64,000 nt of DNA, taken from contig OZ024743.1 of NCBI GenBank assembly GCA_964016885.1, positions 236,716,001-236,780,000 on the forward strand, in the 5' to 3' direction. Source of the stretch: Eledone cirrhosa. Its lineage: Eukaryota. Position numbers and translations under genes: made by a program. This document shows, in pieces, positions 1-13,700 of the stretch (the stretch's first letter is position 1; every line of letters begins with the position of its first letter). The notes under the pieces were generated by a model. The model was not told the DNA's origin. It did not search any database and saw nothing but the letters and a program-made list of their open reading frames with translations.

Positions 1-495
1 AAATATACAAGTTTTCATAAGAATATTCTTGAAACGGCTATACTTCACCGACTAAAACATCTCCGGAATTGTGACCTCTCATCCTAAAGATTCGACTCCA
101 GTGAATGTCACCATTCATTTTAAAATTAACTTAAAATATCGGATTGTCTCCCTTGTCTTGCTCGATTAGACTTAATTATTAAGCTAATGTTTGTCTCCTC
201 ATTACGGGTGTAAGTTTAACTAATCAAAATATTTGGCTCATTACGTTAATTATTAAGTTATCTAATTAGTTAAATAGATTTATTGCTTTTCTATAAAGTT
301 TATATTTAAATACACTCATGAGCGTGATTTGGCTGATATTTCTGGCAGGACGGGCGACTATGTAGAATCTCCATAGTTGAGCTAGAGTTAAATAACAACT
401 GGAGAGTTCATCACATGGAACGGGCCTCCGTCTGTCTCGACAATGAGTGTTCAGTTGTCTGACTACAACAGTTCACTCGCGAAATTAAGGTAAAC

Positions 496-576
496 CTTCT
501 TCTTCTTCTTCTTCTTCTTCTTCTTCTTCTTCTTCTTCTTCTTCTTCTTCTTCTTCTTCTTCTTCTTCTTCTTCTT
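496..576. repeat. (CTT)n microsatellite
   Basis: Pure CTT run directly before the satellite array; it explains the poly-R ORF 411..629. Confidence 0.98.
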
Positions 577-3500
577 GTGTCAAGTTTAGCTATGTTTACG
601 GAGACAGTCAGAAAAATCCACAGTCTCATGTTTAGCGATGTCTACAGCGACAGCCAGAGACAGCATCAGTGTCATGTTTAGCTATGTCTACCTCGACAGC
701 AAGAGACAGAGACAGTCTCATGTTTAGCTATGTATTCCTCGACACCCAGAGACAGCCACAGTCTGATGTTTAGCTCTGTCTACCTCGAAAGCCAAACACA
801 GCCACAGTGTAAGGTTTAGCTATGTCTACGTCGAAAGCAAGAGAGAAGGACAGTGTCATGTTTAGCTTTGTTTACCTCGAAGCCAGAGACAGTCACACTC
901 TCATGTTTAGCTATATCTACCACGACAGCAAGAGACAGCAACAGTGTCAAGTTTAGCTATATTTACCTCGACAGCAAGACACAGCCACAGTGTCATGCTT
1001 AGCTATATCTACCTCGACAGCCAGAGACAGCCACAGTCTCATGTTTAGCTTTGTCTACCTCGACAGCAAGAGACAGCCACAGTCTCATGTTTAGCTATAT
1101 TTACCACGACATCCAGAGACAGCCACAGTGTTATGTTTAGCTATGTATACCTCGACAACCAGAGACAGCCACAGTATCATGTTTAGATATGTCCACCTCG
1201 ACAGCAAGAGACAGTGACAGTCTCATGTTTAGCTATGTCTACCTCGACACACAGAGACAACCACAGTCTGATGTTTAGCTATGTCTACCTCGACAGCCAG
1301 CGACAGAAACAGTCTCATATTTAGCTATGTCTACCTCGACAGCCAGCGACAGAAACAGTCTCATATTTAGCTATGTCTACCTCGACAGCCTGACACAGCC
1401 CCAGTGTTAGGTTTAGCTATGTCTACCTCGACAGTAAGTGACAGGATAGTGTCATGTTTAGCTATGTTTACCTCGAAGCCAGAGACAGTCACAGTCTCAT
1501 GTTTAGCTATATCTACCACGACAGCAAGAAAGCCACAGTGTCTTGTTTAGCTAAGTCTACATCGACAGCCAGAAACAGCCAGAGTGTCATTTTTAGCTAT
1601 GTTTACCTCGACAGCAAGAGACAGCCACAGTCTCATATTTAGCTATGTCTACCTCGACAGCCAGAAACAGCCAGAGTCTTCTGTTTAGCTATGTCTACCT
1701 GGACATCCAGAGACTGCGACAGTGAGTGTCATATTTAGCTATGTCTACCTCGACAGCAAGAGACAGCTACAGTCTCATGTTTAGCTATGCTTACCACAAC
1801 AGTAAATGACAGCCGCAGTGTCATGTTTAGATATGTCCACCTCGACATCCAGAGACAGCCACAGTCTCATGTTTAGCTCTGTCTACCTCGACAGCAAGAG
1901 ACAGCCACAGTCTCACGTTTAGCTATCTCTACGTCGACAGCCAGCGACAGCCACATTGCCATGTTTTGCTATGTCTAACTCGACAGCCAGAGAGAGCCAC
2001 AGTGTCATGTTTAGTTATGTCTACCTCGAGAGCCAGAAACAGCCAGAGTCTTCTGTTTAGCTATGTCTACCTGGACATCCAGAGACTGCGACAGTGAGTG
2101 TCATATTTAGCTATGTCTACCTCGACAGCAAGAGACAGCTACAGTCTCATGTTTAGCTATGCTTACCACAACAGTAAATGACAGCCGCAGTGTCATGTTT
2201 AGATATGTCCACCTCGACATCCAGAGACAGCCACAGTCTCATGTTTAGCTCTGTCTACCTCGACAGCAAGAGACAGCCACAGTCTCACGTTTAGCTATCT
2301 CTACGTCGACAGCCAGCGACAGCCACATTGCCATGTTTTGCTATGTCTAACTCGACAGCCAGAGAGAGCCACAGTGTCATGTTTAGTTATGGCTACCTCG
2401 AGAGCAAGAGACAGCCACATTTTCATGTTTAGCTATGTTTACCACGACATCCAGAGACAGGCACAGTCTCATATTTAGCTATATCTACGTCAAAAGCCAG
2501 AGACAGCCACAGTGTCATGTTTAGCTATGTCTACCTCCACTACCAGAGACAGCCACAGCATCATGTTTGGCTATGTCTAACTCGATAGCCAAAGACAGCC
2601 ACAGTCTCATGATTAGCTATGTTTACCTCGACAGCCAGAGACAGCCACAGTCTCATGTTTAGCTATGTTTACCATGGCAGCCAGAGACAGTCACAGTGTC
2701 ATGTTTAGTTATGTAACTCGACAGCCAGAGACAGCGACAGTATCATGTTTAGCTATGTCTACCTCGACAGCCAGAGGCAGCCACAGTCTCATGTTTAGCT
2801 ATTTCTACCACGACACCAAGAGCCAGCTACAGGGTCACGTTTAGTTATGTTTATCTCGACAACAAGAGAAAGCCACAGTGTCATGTTTATCTATATCTAC
2901 GTCGACAGCCAGAGACAGCCACAGTGTCATGTTTAGCTATGTCTGCCTCAACAGCCAGAGAGTTACACAGTCTCATGTTTAGCTATATCTAACACGACAG
3001 CAGAGAGCCACAGTGTCATGTTCAGCTATGTCTACCTCGACAGCAAGAGACAGCAACAGTGTCAAGTTTAGCTATGTAAACGTAGACATTCATAGAAATC
3101 CACAGTCTCATGTTTAGCGATGTCTACCGCGACAGCCAGAGACAACATCATTGTCATGTTTAGCTATGTCTACCTCGACAGCAAGAGACAGGGACAGTCT
3201 CATGTTTAGCTATGTATACCTCGACACCCAGAGACAGCCACAGTCTGATATTTAGCTCTGTCTACCTCGACAGCCAGACACAGCCACAGTGTAAGGTTTA
3301 GCTATGTCTACGTCGAAAGCAAGAGACAAGGACAGTGTCATGTTTAGCTTTGTTTACCTCGAAGCCAGAGACAGTAACCGTCTCATATTTAGCTATATCT
3401 ACCACGACAGCCAGAGAGAGCAACAGTGTCAAGTTTAGCTATACTTACCTCGACAGTAAAAGACGTCCACAGTGTCATGTTTAGCTATGTCCACCCCGAC

Positions 3501-4769
3501 AGCCAGAGACAGCCACTGTGTCATGTTTAGCTATGTCTACCTCGACAGCCAGAGACAGCCGCAGTCTCATGTTTAGATATGTCTACCTCGACAGCAAGAC
3601 ACAGCCACAGTCTCATGTTTAGCTATGTCTACCTTTACAGCCAGAGACTGTCACAGTGAGTGTCATGTTTAGCCATGTCTACCTCGTCAGCAAAAGACAG
3701 CCACAGTCTCATGTTTAGCTATGTTTACCTCGACAGTAAAAGACAGACACTGTGTCAGGTTTAGCTATGTCCACATTGACATCCAGAGACACCCACAGTC
3801 TCATGTTTAGCTATGTTTACTTCGGCATCTAGAAACAGCCACAGTGTCATGTTTAGCTATGTCTACGTCGACACCAAGAGACAGCCACAGTCTGATGTTT
3901 AGCTTTGTTTACCACGACATCCAGAGACAGTCACAGTATCATGTTTAGCTATGTATAACTTTACAGCAAGAGACAGCCACAGTCTCATGTTTAGCTATGT
4001 CCACCACGACGACAAGAGATAGCCACAGTGTCATTTTTAGATATGTCTACCTTAACAGCCAGAGACAGCCACAGTGAGTGTCATATTTAGCTATGTTTAC
4101 CTCGACAGTAAGAGACAACCACAGTCTCATGTTTAGCTATGTTTACCTCGACATAAAAGACAGACACAGTGTCATGTTTAGCTATGTCTACCTCGACAGC
4201 CAGAGACAGCCACAGTCTCATGATTAGCTATGTCTACCTCGACAGCCAGAGACAGCCACAGTGTAATGTTTAGATATGTATACCTCGACAACCAGAGACA
4301 GCCACAGTCTCATATTTATCTATGTCTATGTCGACAGCAAGAGACAGGGAAGTCTTATGTTTAGCTATGTCTACCACGACAGCAAGAGACAGACACAATG
4401 TCATGTTTAGTTATGTCTAGCTCGACAATAAGAGACAGCCACAGTGTCATGTTTAGCTATGTCTACCTCGACACAAGAGACAGCCACAGTGTCATGATTA
4501 GCTATGTCTACCTCGAAAGCAAGAGACAGCCACAGTCTCAGGTCTAGCTATATCTAAGTCGAAAGCCAGAGACAGCCACAGTCTCATGTTCAGCTATGTC
4601 TACCACGACAGCAAGAGACAGCTACAGTGTTATGTTTAGCTATGTTTATCTCGACAACAAGAGATATCCACAGTGGCATGTTTAGCAATGTCTACCTCGA
4701 AAGACAGAGCCAGCCACAGTATCATGTTTAGCTATGTTTACCTCGGCAGCCAGAGACACCCACAGTCTC
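577..4769 (+). repeat. 46-bp satellite array, forward-orientation arm
   Basis: Consensus TGTTTAGCTATGTCTACCTCGACAGC(A/C)AGAGACAGCCACAGT(C/G)TCA; successive monomers start at 675 and 721 (period 46). Confidence 0.97.
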
Positions 4770-7700
4770 TTGCTGTCGAGGTGGACATAGCTAAACATGA
4801 TACTGTGGCTGTCTCTGTTTGTCGAGGTATACATAGCTAAACATAACACTGTGGCTGTCTCTGGATGTCGTGGTAAATATAGCTAAACATGAGATGGTGG
4901 CTGTCTCTTGCTGTCGAGGTAGACAAAGCTAAACATGAGACTGTGGCTGTCTCTGGCTGTCGAGGTAGATATAGCTAAGCATGACAATGTGGCTATCTCT
5001 TGCTGTCGTGGTAGACATAGCTAAATATGACACTGTGCCTGTCTCTTTCTGTCGAGTTAGACATAGCTAAACATATCACTGTGGCTGTTTCTGGCTGTCG
5101 AGGTAGACATAGCTAAACATGTGACTGTGGCTGTCTCTGGCTGTCGTGGTAGACATAGCTAAATATGAAAATGTGGCTGTCTCTGGTTATCGAGGTAGAC
5201 ATAGCTAAACGTGACACTGTGGCTGTCTCTTGCTGTCGAGGTATACATAGCTAAACATGACACTGTGGCTGTCTCTGGCTGTTGAGGTAAACATAGCTAA
5301 ACACGAGACTGTGGCTGTCTTTTACTGTCGAGATAAAGATAGCTAAACGTGACTCTGTGGCTGTCTCTTGTTGTCGAGGTAGACATAACTAAACCTGACA
5401 CTGTGGCTGTCTCTGGTTGTCAGAGTAGACATCGCTAAACATGACACTGTGGCTGTCTGTTGCTTTCGTGGTAGACATAGCTAAACATGACACTGTGGCT
5501 GTCTGTTGCTTTCGAGGTAGACATAGCTAAACATGACACTGTGGCTGTCTCTTGCTGTCGAGGTAGACATCGCTAAACATGACACTGATGCTGTCTCTTG
5601 CTTTCGTGGTAGACATAGCTAAACATGACACTGTCCCTGCCTCTTGCTGTCGAGGTAGACATCGCTAAACATGACACTGTGGCTGTCTCTAGTTGTCGAG
5701 GTAGACATAGCTAAATATGAGACTGTCCCTGTCTCTTGCTGTCAAGGTAGACATAGCTAAACATGACACTGTGGCTGTCTCTAGTTGTCGAGGTAGACAT
5801 AGCTAAACATGACACTGTGGCTGTCTCTAGTTGTCGAGGTAGACATAGCTAAATATGAGACTGTCCCTGTCTCTTGCTGTCAAGGTAGACATAGCTAAAC
5901 ATGACACTGTGGCTGTCTCTAGTTGTCGAGGTAGACATAGCTAAACATGACACTGTGGCTGTCTCTGGCTGTCGAGGTAGACATATCTAAACATGATACT
6001 GTGGCTGTCTCTGGTTGTCGAGGTAGACATAGCTAAACGTGACACTGTGGCTGTCACTTGCTGTCGAGGTAGACATAGCTAAACATGACACTGTGGCTAT
6101 CTATGGCTGTCGATGTTGACATGGCTAAACATGACACTGTGGCTGTCTCTGGCTGTCGAGGTAGAGATAGCTAAACATGACACTGATGCTGTCTCTGGCT
6201 GTCGTGGTAGACATCGCTAAACATGAGACTGTGGATTTCTCTGACTGTCGGGGTAGACATAGCTAAACTTGACACTGTTGCTGTCTCTTGCTGTCGAGTT
6301 AGACATAGCTGAACATGACACTGTGGCTGTCTCTAATTGTCGAGGTAGACATCGCTAAACATGACACTGTGGCTCTCTGTTGTCGTGTTAGATATAGCTA
6401 AACATGAGACTATGGCCGTCTCTGGGTGTCGATGTAGACATAGCTAAACACTAGGCTGTCCTTCTCTGTTACTGTCGACGTGGACAAAGCTAAACATGAG
6501 ACTGTGGCTGTCTCTTGCTGTCGTGGTAGACATAGATAAACCTGACACTGTGGCTGTCTCTGGCTGTCGAGGTAGACATATCTAAACATGATACTGTGGC
6601 TGTCTCTGCTCTCGAGGTATACATAGCTAAACATGACACTGTGGCTGTGTCCGGCTGTCGAGCTACACATAGCGAAACGTGAGACTGTCGCTGTCTCTGA
6701 CTGTCGAGGTAGACATGGATAAACATGACACTGATGCTGTCTCTGGCTGTCGTGGTAGACATAGCTAAATATGAGACTGTGGCTGTCTCTGGTTGTCGAG
6801 GTAGACATAGCTAAACATGAGACTGTAGCTGTCTCTGGCTGTCGAGGTAGACATAGCTAAACATGACACTGTGGCTGTCTCTTGCTGTCGTGGTAGACAT
6901 ATCTAAACATGAGACTGTGGCTGTCTCTTGCTGTCGAGATAGACATAGCTAAACATGAGACTGTGGCTGTCTCATGCTGTCGAGGCGGACATAACTAAAC
7001 CTGAGACTGTCCCTGTCTCTTGCTGTCGAGGTAGACCATGCTAAACATGACACTGTGGCTGTCTCTGGGTGTCGAGGTAGACATAGCTAAACATGACACT
7101 GTGGCTGTCTCTGGTTGTCGAGGTAGACATCGCTAAATATGAGACTGTGGCTCTCTTGCTGTCGTGGTAGATATAGCTAAACATGAGACTGTGGGCGTCT
7201 CTGGCTGTCGATGTAGACATAGCTAAACATGAGACCGTCCCTGTATCTTGCTGGCGATGTAGACGTATCTAAACATGAGACTGTGGCTGTCTTTGGCTCT
7301 TGAAATAAACCTCGTTAAGCATTACACTGTGGCTCTCTCTGGCTGCCGAGATAGACAGAGGTAAACATGAGACTGTGGCTGTCTATTGCTGTCGATGTAG
7401 ACATAGCTAAACATGACACTGTGGCTGTTTCTAGCTGCTGAGGTAAACATAGCTAAACATGACACTGTGGATATCTCTTGGTGTCGAGGTAGACATAGCT
7501 ATACATGACACTGTGGCTGTCTCTGGCTGTCTCGGTAGACATAGCTATACATGACGCTGTGGCTGTCTCTGGCTGTCTCGGTAGATATCGCTAAACATGT
7601 CACTGTGGCTGTCTTTGGCTTTCGAGTTAGACATAGATAAACATGACACTGATGCTGTCTCTTGCTGTCGTGGTAGGCATCGCTAAACTTGACGCTGTGG

Positions 7701-10700
7701 CTGTCTCTGGCTTCGAGATAAACATAGCTAAACTTGACACCGTTGCTCTCTCTTGCTGTCAAGGTAGATAGCTGAACATGACACTGTGGCTGTCTCTTGC
7801 TGTCGAGGTAGACATAGCTAAACCTGAGACTGTCCCTGTCTCTTGTTGTCGTGGTAGATATTTCTAATCATGGGACTGTGGCTGTCTCTAGTTGTCGAGG
7901 TAGACATAGCCAAATATGAGACTGTCCCTGTTACTTGCTGTCGAGGTAGACATAGCTAAACATGACACTGTGGCTGTCTCTTGCTGTCGAGGTGGACATA
8001 GCTAAATATGACACTGTGTCTGTCCCTCGCTGTCAAGGTATACAGAGCAAAACATGTCACTGTGGCTGTCTCTTGCTGTCAAGGTAGACATAGCTAAACA
8101 TGACAATGTGGCTGTGTCTGGCTGACGAGGTAAACAAAGCTAAACATGACACTGTGTCTGGCTCTTGTTGTCGAGGTAGACATAGATAAACATGACACTG
8201 TCGCTGTCTCTGGCTGTCAAGGTAAACATAGCTGAACATGAGACTGTGGCTGTCTCTGGCTGTCGAGGTAGACATAGCTAAACATGACACTGATGATGTC
8301 TCTTGCTCCCTGGTATACATAACTAAACATGAGACTGTGGCTGTCTCTGGTTATAGGGGTAGACATAGCTAAATGTTACACTGTGGCTGTCTCTTGCTGT
8401 CGAGGTAGACATAGCTAAACATGACACTGTGGCTATCTAAGTCTGTCAATTTTGACATAGCTAAACATGACACTGATGCTGTCTCTGGCTGTCTAGGTAG
8501 ACATAGCTAAACTTGACACTGATGCTGTCTCTGGCTGTGGTGGTAGACATTGCTAAATATGAGATTGTGGATTTCTCTGGCTGTCGACGTTTACATAGCT
8601 AAACTTGACACTGTTTCTGTCTCTTGCTGTCGAGGTAGACATAGCTGAACATGACACTGTGGCTGTCTCTAATTGTCGAGGTAGACATAGCTAAACATGA
8701 CACTGTGGCTCTCTGCTGTCGTGTTAGACATAGATAAACATGACACTGTCGCTGTCTCTGGCTGTCAAGGTAAACATAGCTGAACATGAGACTGTGGCTG
8801 TCTCTTGCCGTCGAGGTAGACATAGCTAAACGTGACACTGTGGCTGTCTCTGGCTGTCGAGGTAGACATATCTAAATATGATACTGTCGCTCTCTCTTGC
8901 TGTCGAGTTGGACGTAGCTAAACATGTCACTGGCTGTCTCTGGCTGTCGAGCTACACATAGCGAAACATGAGACTGTCGCTGTCTCTGGCTGTCGAAGTA
9001 GACATGGATAACATGACAGTGATGCTGTCTCTGGCTGTCGTGGTAGACATAGTTAAATATGAGACTGTGACTGTCTCTGGTTGTCGAGGTAGATATAGCT
9101 AAACGTGACACTGCGGCTGTCTCTTGCTGCCGAGGGATACATAGCTAAACATGACACTGTGGCTCTCTCTGGCTTTCGTAGTAGACATAGCTAAACATGA
9201 CACTGTGGCTGTCTCTGGCTGTTGTGGTAAACATAGCTAAACTTGACACTGTTGCTGTCTTTTGCTGTCGAGGTAGACATAGCTGAACATGACACTGTGA
9301 CTGTCTCTAGCTGCGGAGGTAGACATAGCTAAACATGAGACTGAGGCTGTCTCTGCATGTCGATGTGGACATAGCTAAACATGAGATTTTGGCTGTCTCT
9401 GCATGTCGATGTGGACATAGCTAAACATGAGACTGTGGCTGTCTCTGGCTGTCGAGGTAGACATAGCTAAACATGACACTGTGCCTGTCTCTTGCTGTCG
9501 AGGTAGACTTAGCTAAACATGACACTGTGGCTGTCTCTGGTTGTCGAGGTAGACATAGCTAAATATGAGACTGTGGCTCTCTTACTCTCGTGGTAGACAT
9601 AGCTAAACATGAGACTGAGGCTGTCTCTTGCTGTCGAGATAGACATAGCTAAACATGACCCTGTGGCTGTCTCTAGCTGTCGAGGTAAACATAGCTAAAC
9701 ATGAGACTGTGGCTGTCTCTGGCTGTCGTGGTAGACATAGGTAAACATAGCACTGGGGCTGTCTCTTGCTGTCCTGGTAGACATCGCTAAACATGGCACT
9801 GTGGCTGTCTCTGGTTGTCGAGGTAGACATCGCTAAACATGGCAGTGTGGCAGTCTCTAGTTGTCGAGGTAGAGATAGCTAAATATGAGACTGTGGCTCT
9901 CTTGCTGTCGTGGTTGATATAGCTAAACATGAGACCGTCCCTGTCTCTTGCTGGCGATGTAGACATAGCTAAACATGAGACTGTGGCTGTCTTTGGCTCT
10001 TGAAATAAACCTAGCTAAGCATTACACTGTGGCTGTCTATGGCTGCCGAGATAGACATAGGTAAACATGAGACTGTGGCTGTCTATTGCCTTCGTGGTAG
10101 ACATAGCTAAACATGACACTGTGGCTGTCTCTAGCTGCCGAGGTAAACATAGCTAAACATAAGATTGTGTCGGTCTCTGCCTGTTGAGGTGGACATAGCT
10201 AAACCTGACACTGTGGCTGTCTTTTACTGTCGAGGTAAACATAGCTAAACATGAGACTGTGGCTGTCTCTTGCTTTCGAGGTAGACATAGATAAACCTGA
10301 CACTGTGTCTGTCTCTAGTTGTCGAGGTAGACATAGCTAAATATGAGCCTGTCCCTGTCTCTTGCTGTCGAGGTAGACATAGCTAAACATGACACTGTGG
10401 CTGTCTCTGGTTGTCGAGGTAGACATAACTAAACATGACACTGTGGCTGACTCTTGCTGTCGAGGTAGACATAGCTATACATGACACTGTGGCTGTCTCT
10501 GGCTGTCTCGGAAAATGTAGCTAAACATGTCACTTTGGCTGTCACTGGCTGTCGTGGTAGACATAGCTAAACATGACACTTTGGCCATCTCTTGCTTTCG
10601 AGGTAGACATGGCTAAACATGACACTGTGGCTGTCTCTGGCTGTCGAGGTAGACATAGCTAAACTTGACACTGTGGCTTTCACTGGCTGTCGAGGTAGAC

Positions 10701-13700
10701 ATAGTTAAACATGACACTGTGGCTGTCTCTGACTTCGAGGTAAATATAGCTAAACATAACACTGTCGCTGTCTCATGCTTTCCAGGTAGACATAGCTAAA
10801 CATGACACTGCGGCTTTGTCTGGCTGTCGAGGTAGACAGAGCTAAACATCAGACTGTGGCTGTCTATGGCTCTCGAGGTAGACATAGCTAAACATGAGCC
10901 TGTCCCTCTCTCTTGCTGTCAATGTAGACATAGCTGAACATGACACTGTGGCTGTCTCTTGCTGTCGTGGTAGACATAGCTGAACATGACACTGTGCCTG
11001 TCTTATGCTGTCGTGGTAGACATAGCTAAACATGACACTGTGGCTGTCTCTAGATGTCGAGGTAAACATAGCTAAACACGAGACTGTGGCTGTCTCTTGT
11101 TGTCGAGGTAGACATAGATAAACCTGACACTGTGACTGTCATTGGCTCTCGAGGTAGACATGGCTAAACATGAGACTGTGGCTCTCTATGGCTGTCGAGG
11201 TAGACATAGCTAATCATGAGACTGGCTGTTTCTGGCTTTCGAGGTAAAGATAGCTAAACATGACACTGTGGCTGTCTCTTGCTGTCGTGGTAGACATAGC
11301 TAAACATGAGACTGTGACAGTCTCTGTTTGTCGTGGTAGACATAGCTAAACGGGAAACTGTGGCTTGTCTTGCTGTCGAGGTAGACAGAGCTAAACATCA
11401 GACTGGGGCTGTCTGGCGGTCGAGGTAGACATAGCTAAACATGAGCCTGTCCTTCTCTCTTGCTGTCGTGGTAGATATAGCTAAACCTGAGACTGTCCCT
11501 GTCTCTTGCTGTTGAGGTAGACATAGCTAAACATGATACTGTGGCTGACTCTGACTTCGAGGTAAACATAGCTAAACATAACACTGTCGCTGCTCTTGCT
11601 TTCGAGGTAGACATAGCTAAACATGACACTGCGGCTTTGTCTGGCTGTCGAGGTAGACAGAGCTAAACATCAGACTGTGGCTGTCTCTGGCTGTCGAGGT
11701 AGACATAGCTAAACATGAGACTGTCCCTCTCTCTTGCTGTCAATCTAGACATAGCTAAACATCACACTGTGGCTGTCTCTTGCTGTCGTGGTAGACATAG
11801 CTGAACATGACACTGTGCCTGTCTTATGCTGTCGTGGTAGACAGCTAAACATGACACTGTGGCCGTCGCTAGATGTCGAGGTAAACATGGCTAAACATGA
11901 GACTGTGGCTGTCTCTTGTTGTCGAGGTAGACATAGATAAACCTGACACTGTAGCTGTCATTGGCTCTCGAGGTAGACATAGCTAAACATGGGACTGTGG
12001 CTCTCTATGGCTGTCGAGGTAGACATAGCTAATCATGAGACTGTGGCTGTTTCTGGCTGTCGAGGTAAAGATAGCTAAACATGACACTGTGGCTGTCTCT
12101 TGCTGTCGAGGTAGACATAGCTAAACATGACACTGTGGCTGTCTCTGGCTGTCGAGCTAGACATAGATAAACATGACACTGGTGCTGTCTCTTGCTCTCG
12201 TGGTAGACATAGCTAAACATGAGACTGTGCCATTCTCTGTTTGTCGAGATAGACATAGCTAAACGTGAAACTGTGGCTTTTTTGCTGTCGAGGTAGACAG
12301 AGCTAAACATGAGCCTGTCCCTCTCGCTTGCTGTCGTCGTAGACATAGCTAAACATGAGACTGTGGCTGTCTTTGGCTCTTGAAATAAACCTAACTAAGC
12401 ATTACACTGTGGCTATCTATGGCTGCCGAGATAGACATAGGTAAACATGAGACTGTGGCTGTCTATTGCCTTCGTGGTAGACATAGCTAAACATGACACT
12501 GTGGCTGTCTCTGGTTGTGGAGGTAGATATAGCTAAACGTGACACTTTGGCCATCTCTTGCTTTCGAGGTAGACATGGCTAAACATGTCACTGTGGCTGT
12601 CTCTGGCTGTCGAGGTAGACATAGCTAAACTTGACACTGTGGCTTTCACTGGCTGTCGAGGTAGACATAGTTAAACATGACACTATGGCTGTCTCTGACT
12701 TCGAGGTAAATATAGCTAAACATAACACTGTCGCTGTCTCATGCTTTCGAGGTAGACATAGCTAAACATGACACTGCGGCTTTGTCTGGCTGTCGAGGTA
12801 GACAGAGCTAAACATCAGACTGTGGCTGTCTATGGCTCTCGAGGTAGACATAGCTAAACATGAGACTGTGGCTGTCTTTGGCTCTTGAAGTAAACCTGGC
12901 TAAGCATTACACTGTGGCTGTCTCTGGCTGCCGAGATAGACATAGGTAAACATGAGACTGTGGCTGTCTATTGCTGTCGGGGTAGACATAGCTAAACATG
13001 ACACTGTGGATGTCTTTAGCTGCCGAGGTAAACATAGCTAAACATGAGATTGCGGCTGTCTCTGGCTGTCTAAGTAGACATAGCTAAACTTGACACTGAT
13101 GCTGTCTCTGGCTGTCGTGGTAGACATCGCTAAACATGAGACTGTGGATTTCTCTGACTGTCGACATTTACATAGCTAAACTTGACACTGTTTCTGTTTC
13201 TTGCTGTCGAGGTAGACATAACTGAACATGACACTGTGGCTGTCTCTAATTATCGAGGTAGACATCGCTAAACATGACACTGTGGCTCTCTGTTGTCGTG
13301 TTAGGAATAGATAAACATGACACTGTCGCTGTCTCTTGCTGTCGAGTTAGACATAGCTAAACATGTCACTGGCTGTCTCTGGCTGTCGAGCTACACATAG
13401 CTAAACATGACACTGTGGCTGTCTCTTGCTGTCGAGTTAAACATAGCTAAACATGACACTGTGGCTGTCTCTGGCTGTCGAGCTACACATAGCTAAAGAT
13501 GAGACTATGGCTGTCTCTTGTTGTCGAGGTAGGCATAGATAAACCTGACACTGTGGCTGTCATTGGCTCTCGAGATAGACATAGCTAAACATGGGATTGT
13601 GGCTCTCTATGGCTGTCGAGGTAGACATAGCTAATCATGAGACTGTGGCTGTTTCTGGCTGTCGAGGTAAAGATAGCTAAACATGACACTGTGGCTGTCT

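Noticed and set aside
332-344. GCTGATATTTCTG occurs on both sides of the 46-bp array (332 and 21089)
   Set aside because: The copies are not at the array boundaries and similarity does not extend, so it cannot be called a TSD; probably chance.
984-1030. CACAGTG (RSS heptamer / Transib-like end) in many monomers
   Set aside because: No ACAAAAACC nonamer at 12/23 spacing, and the site alternates freely with CACAGTC.
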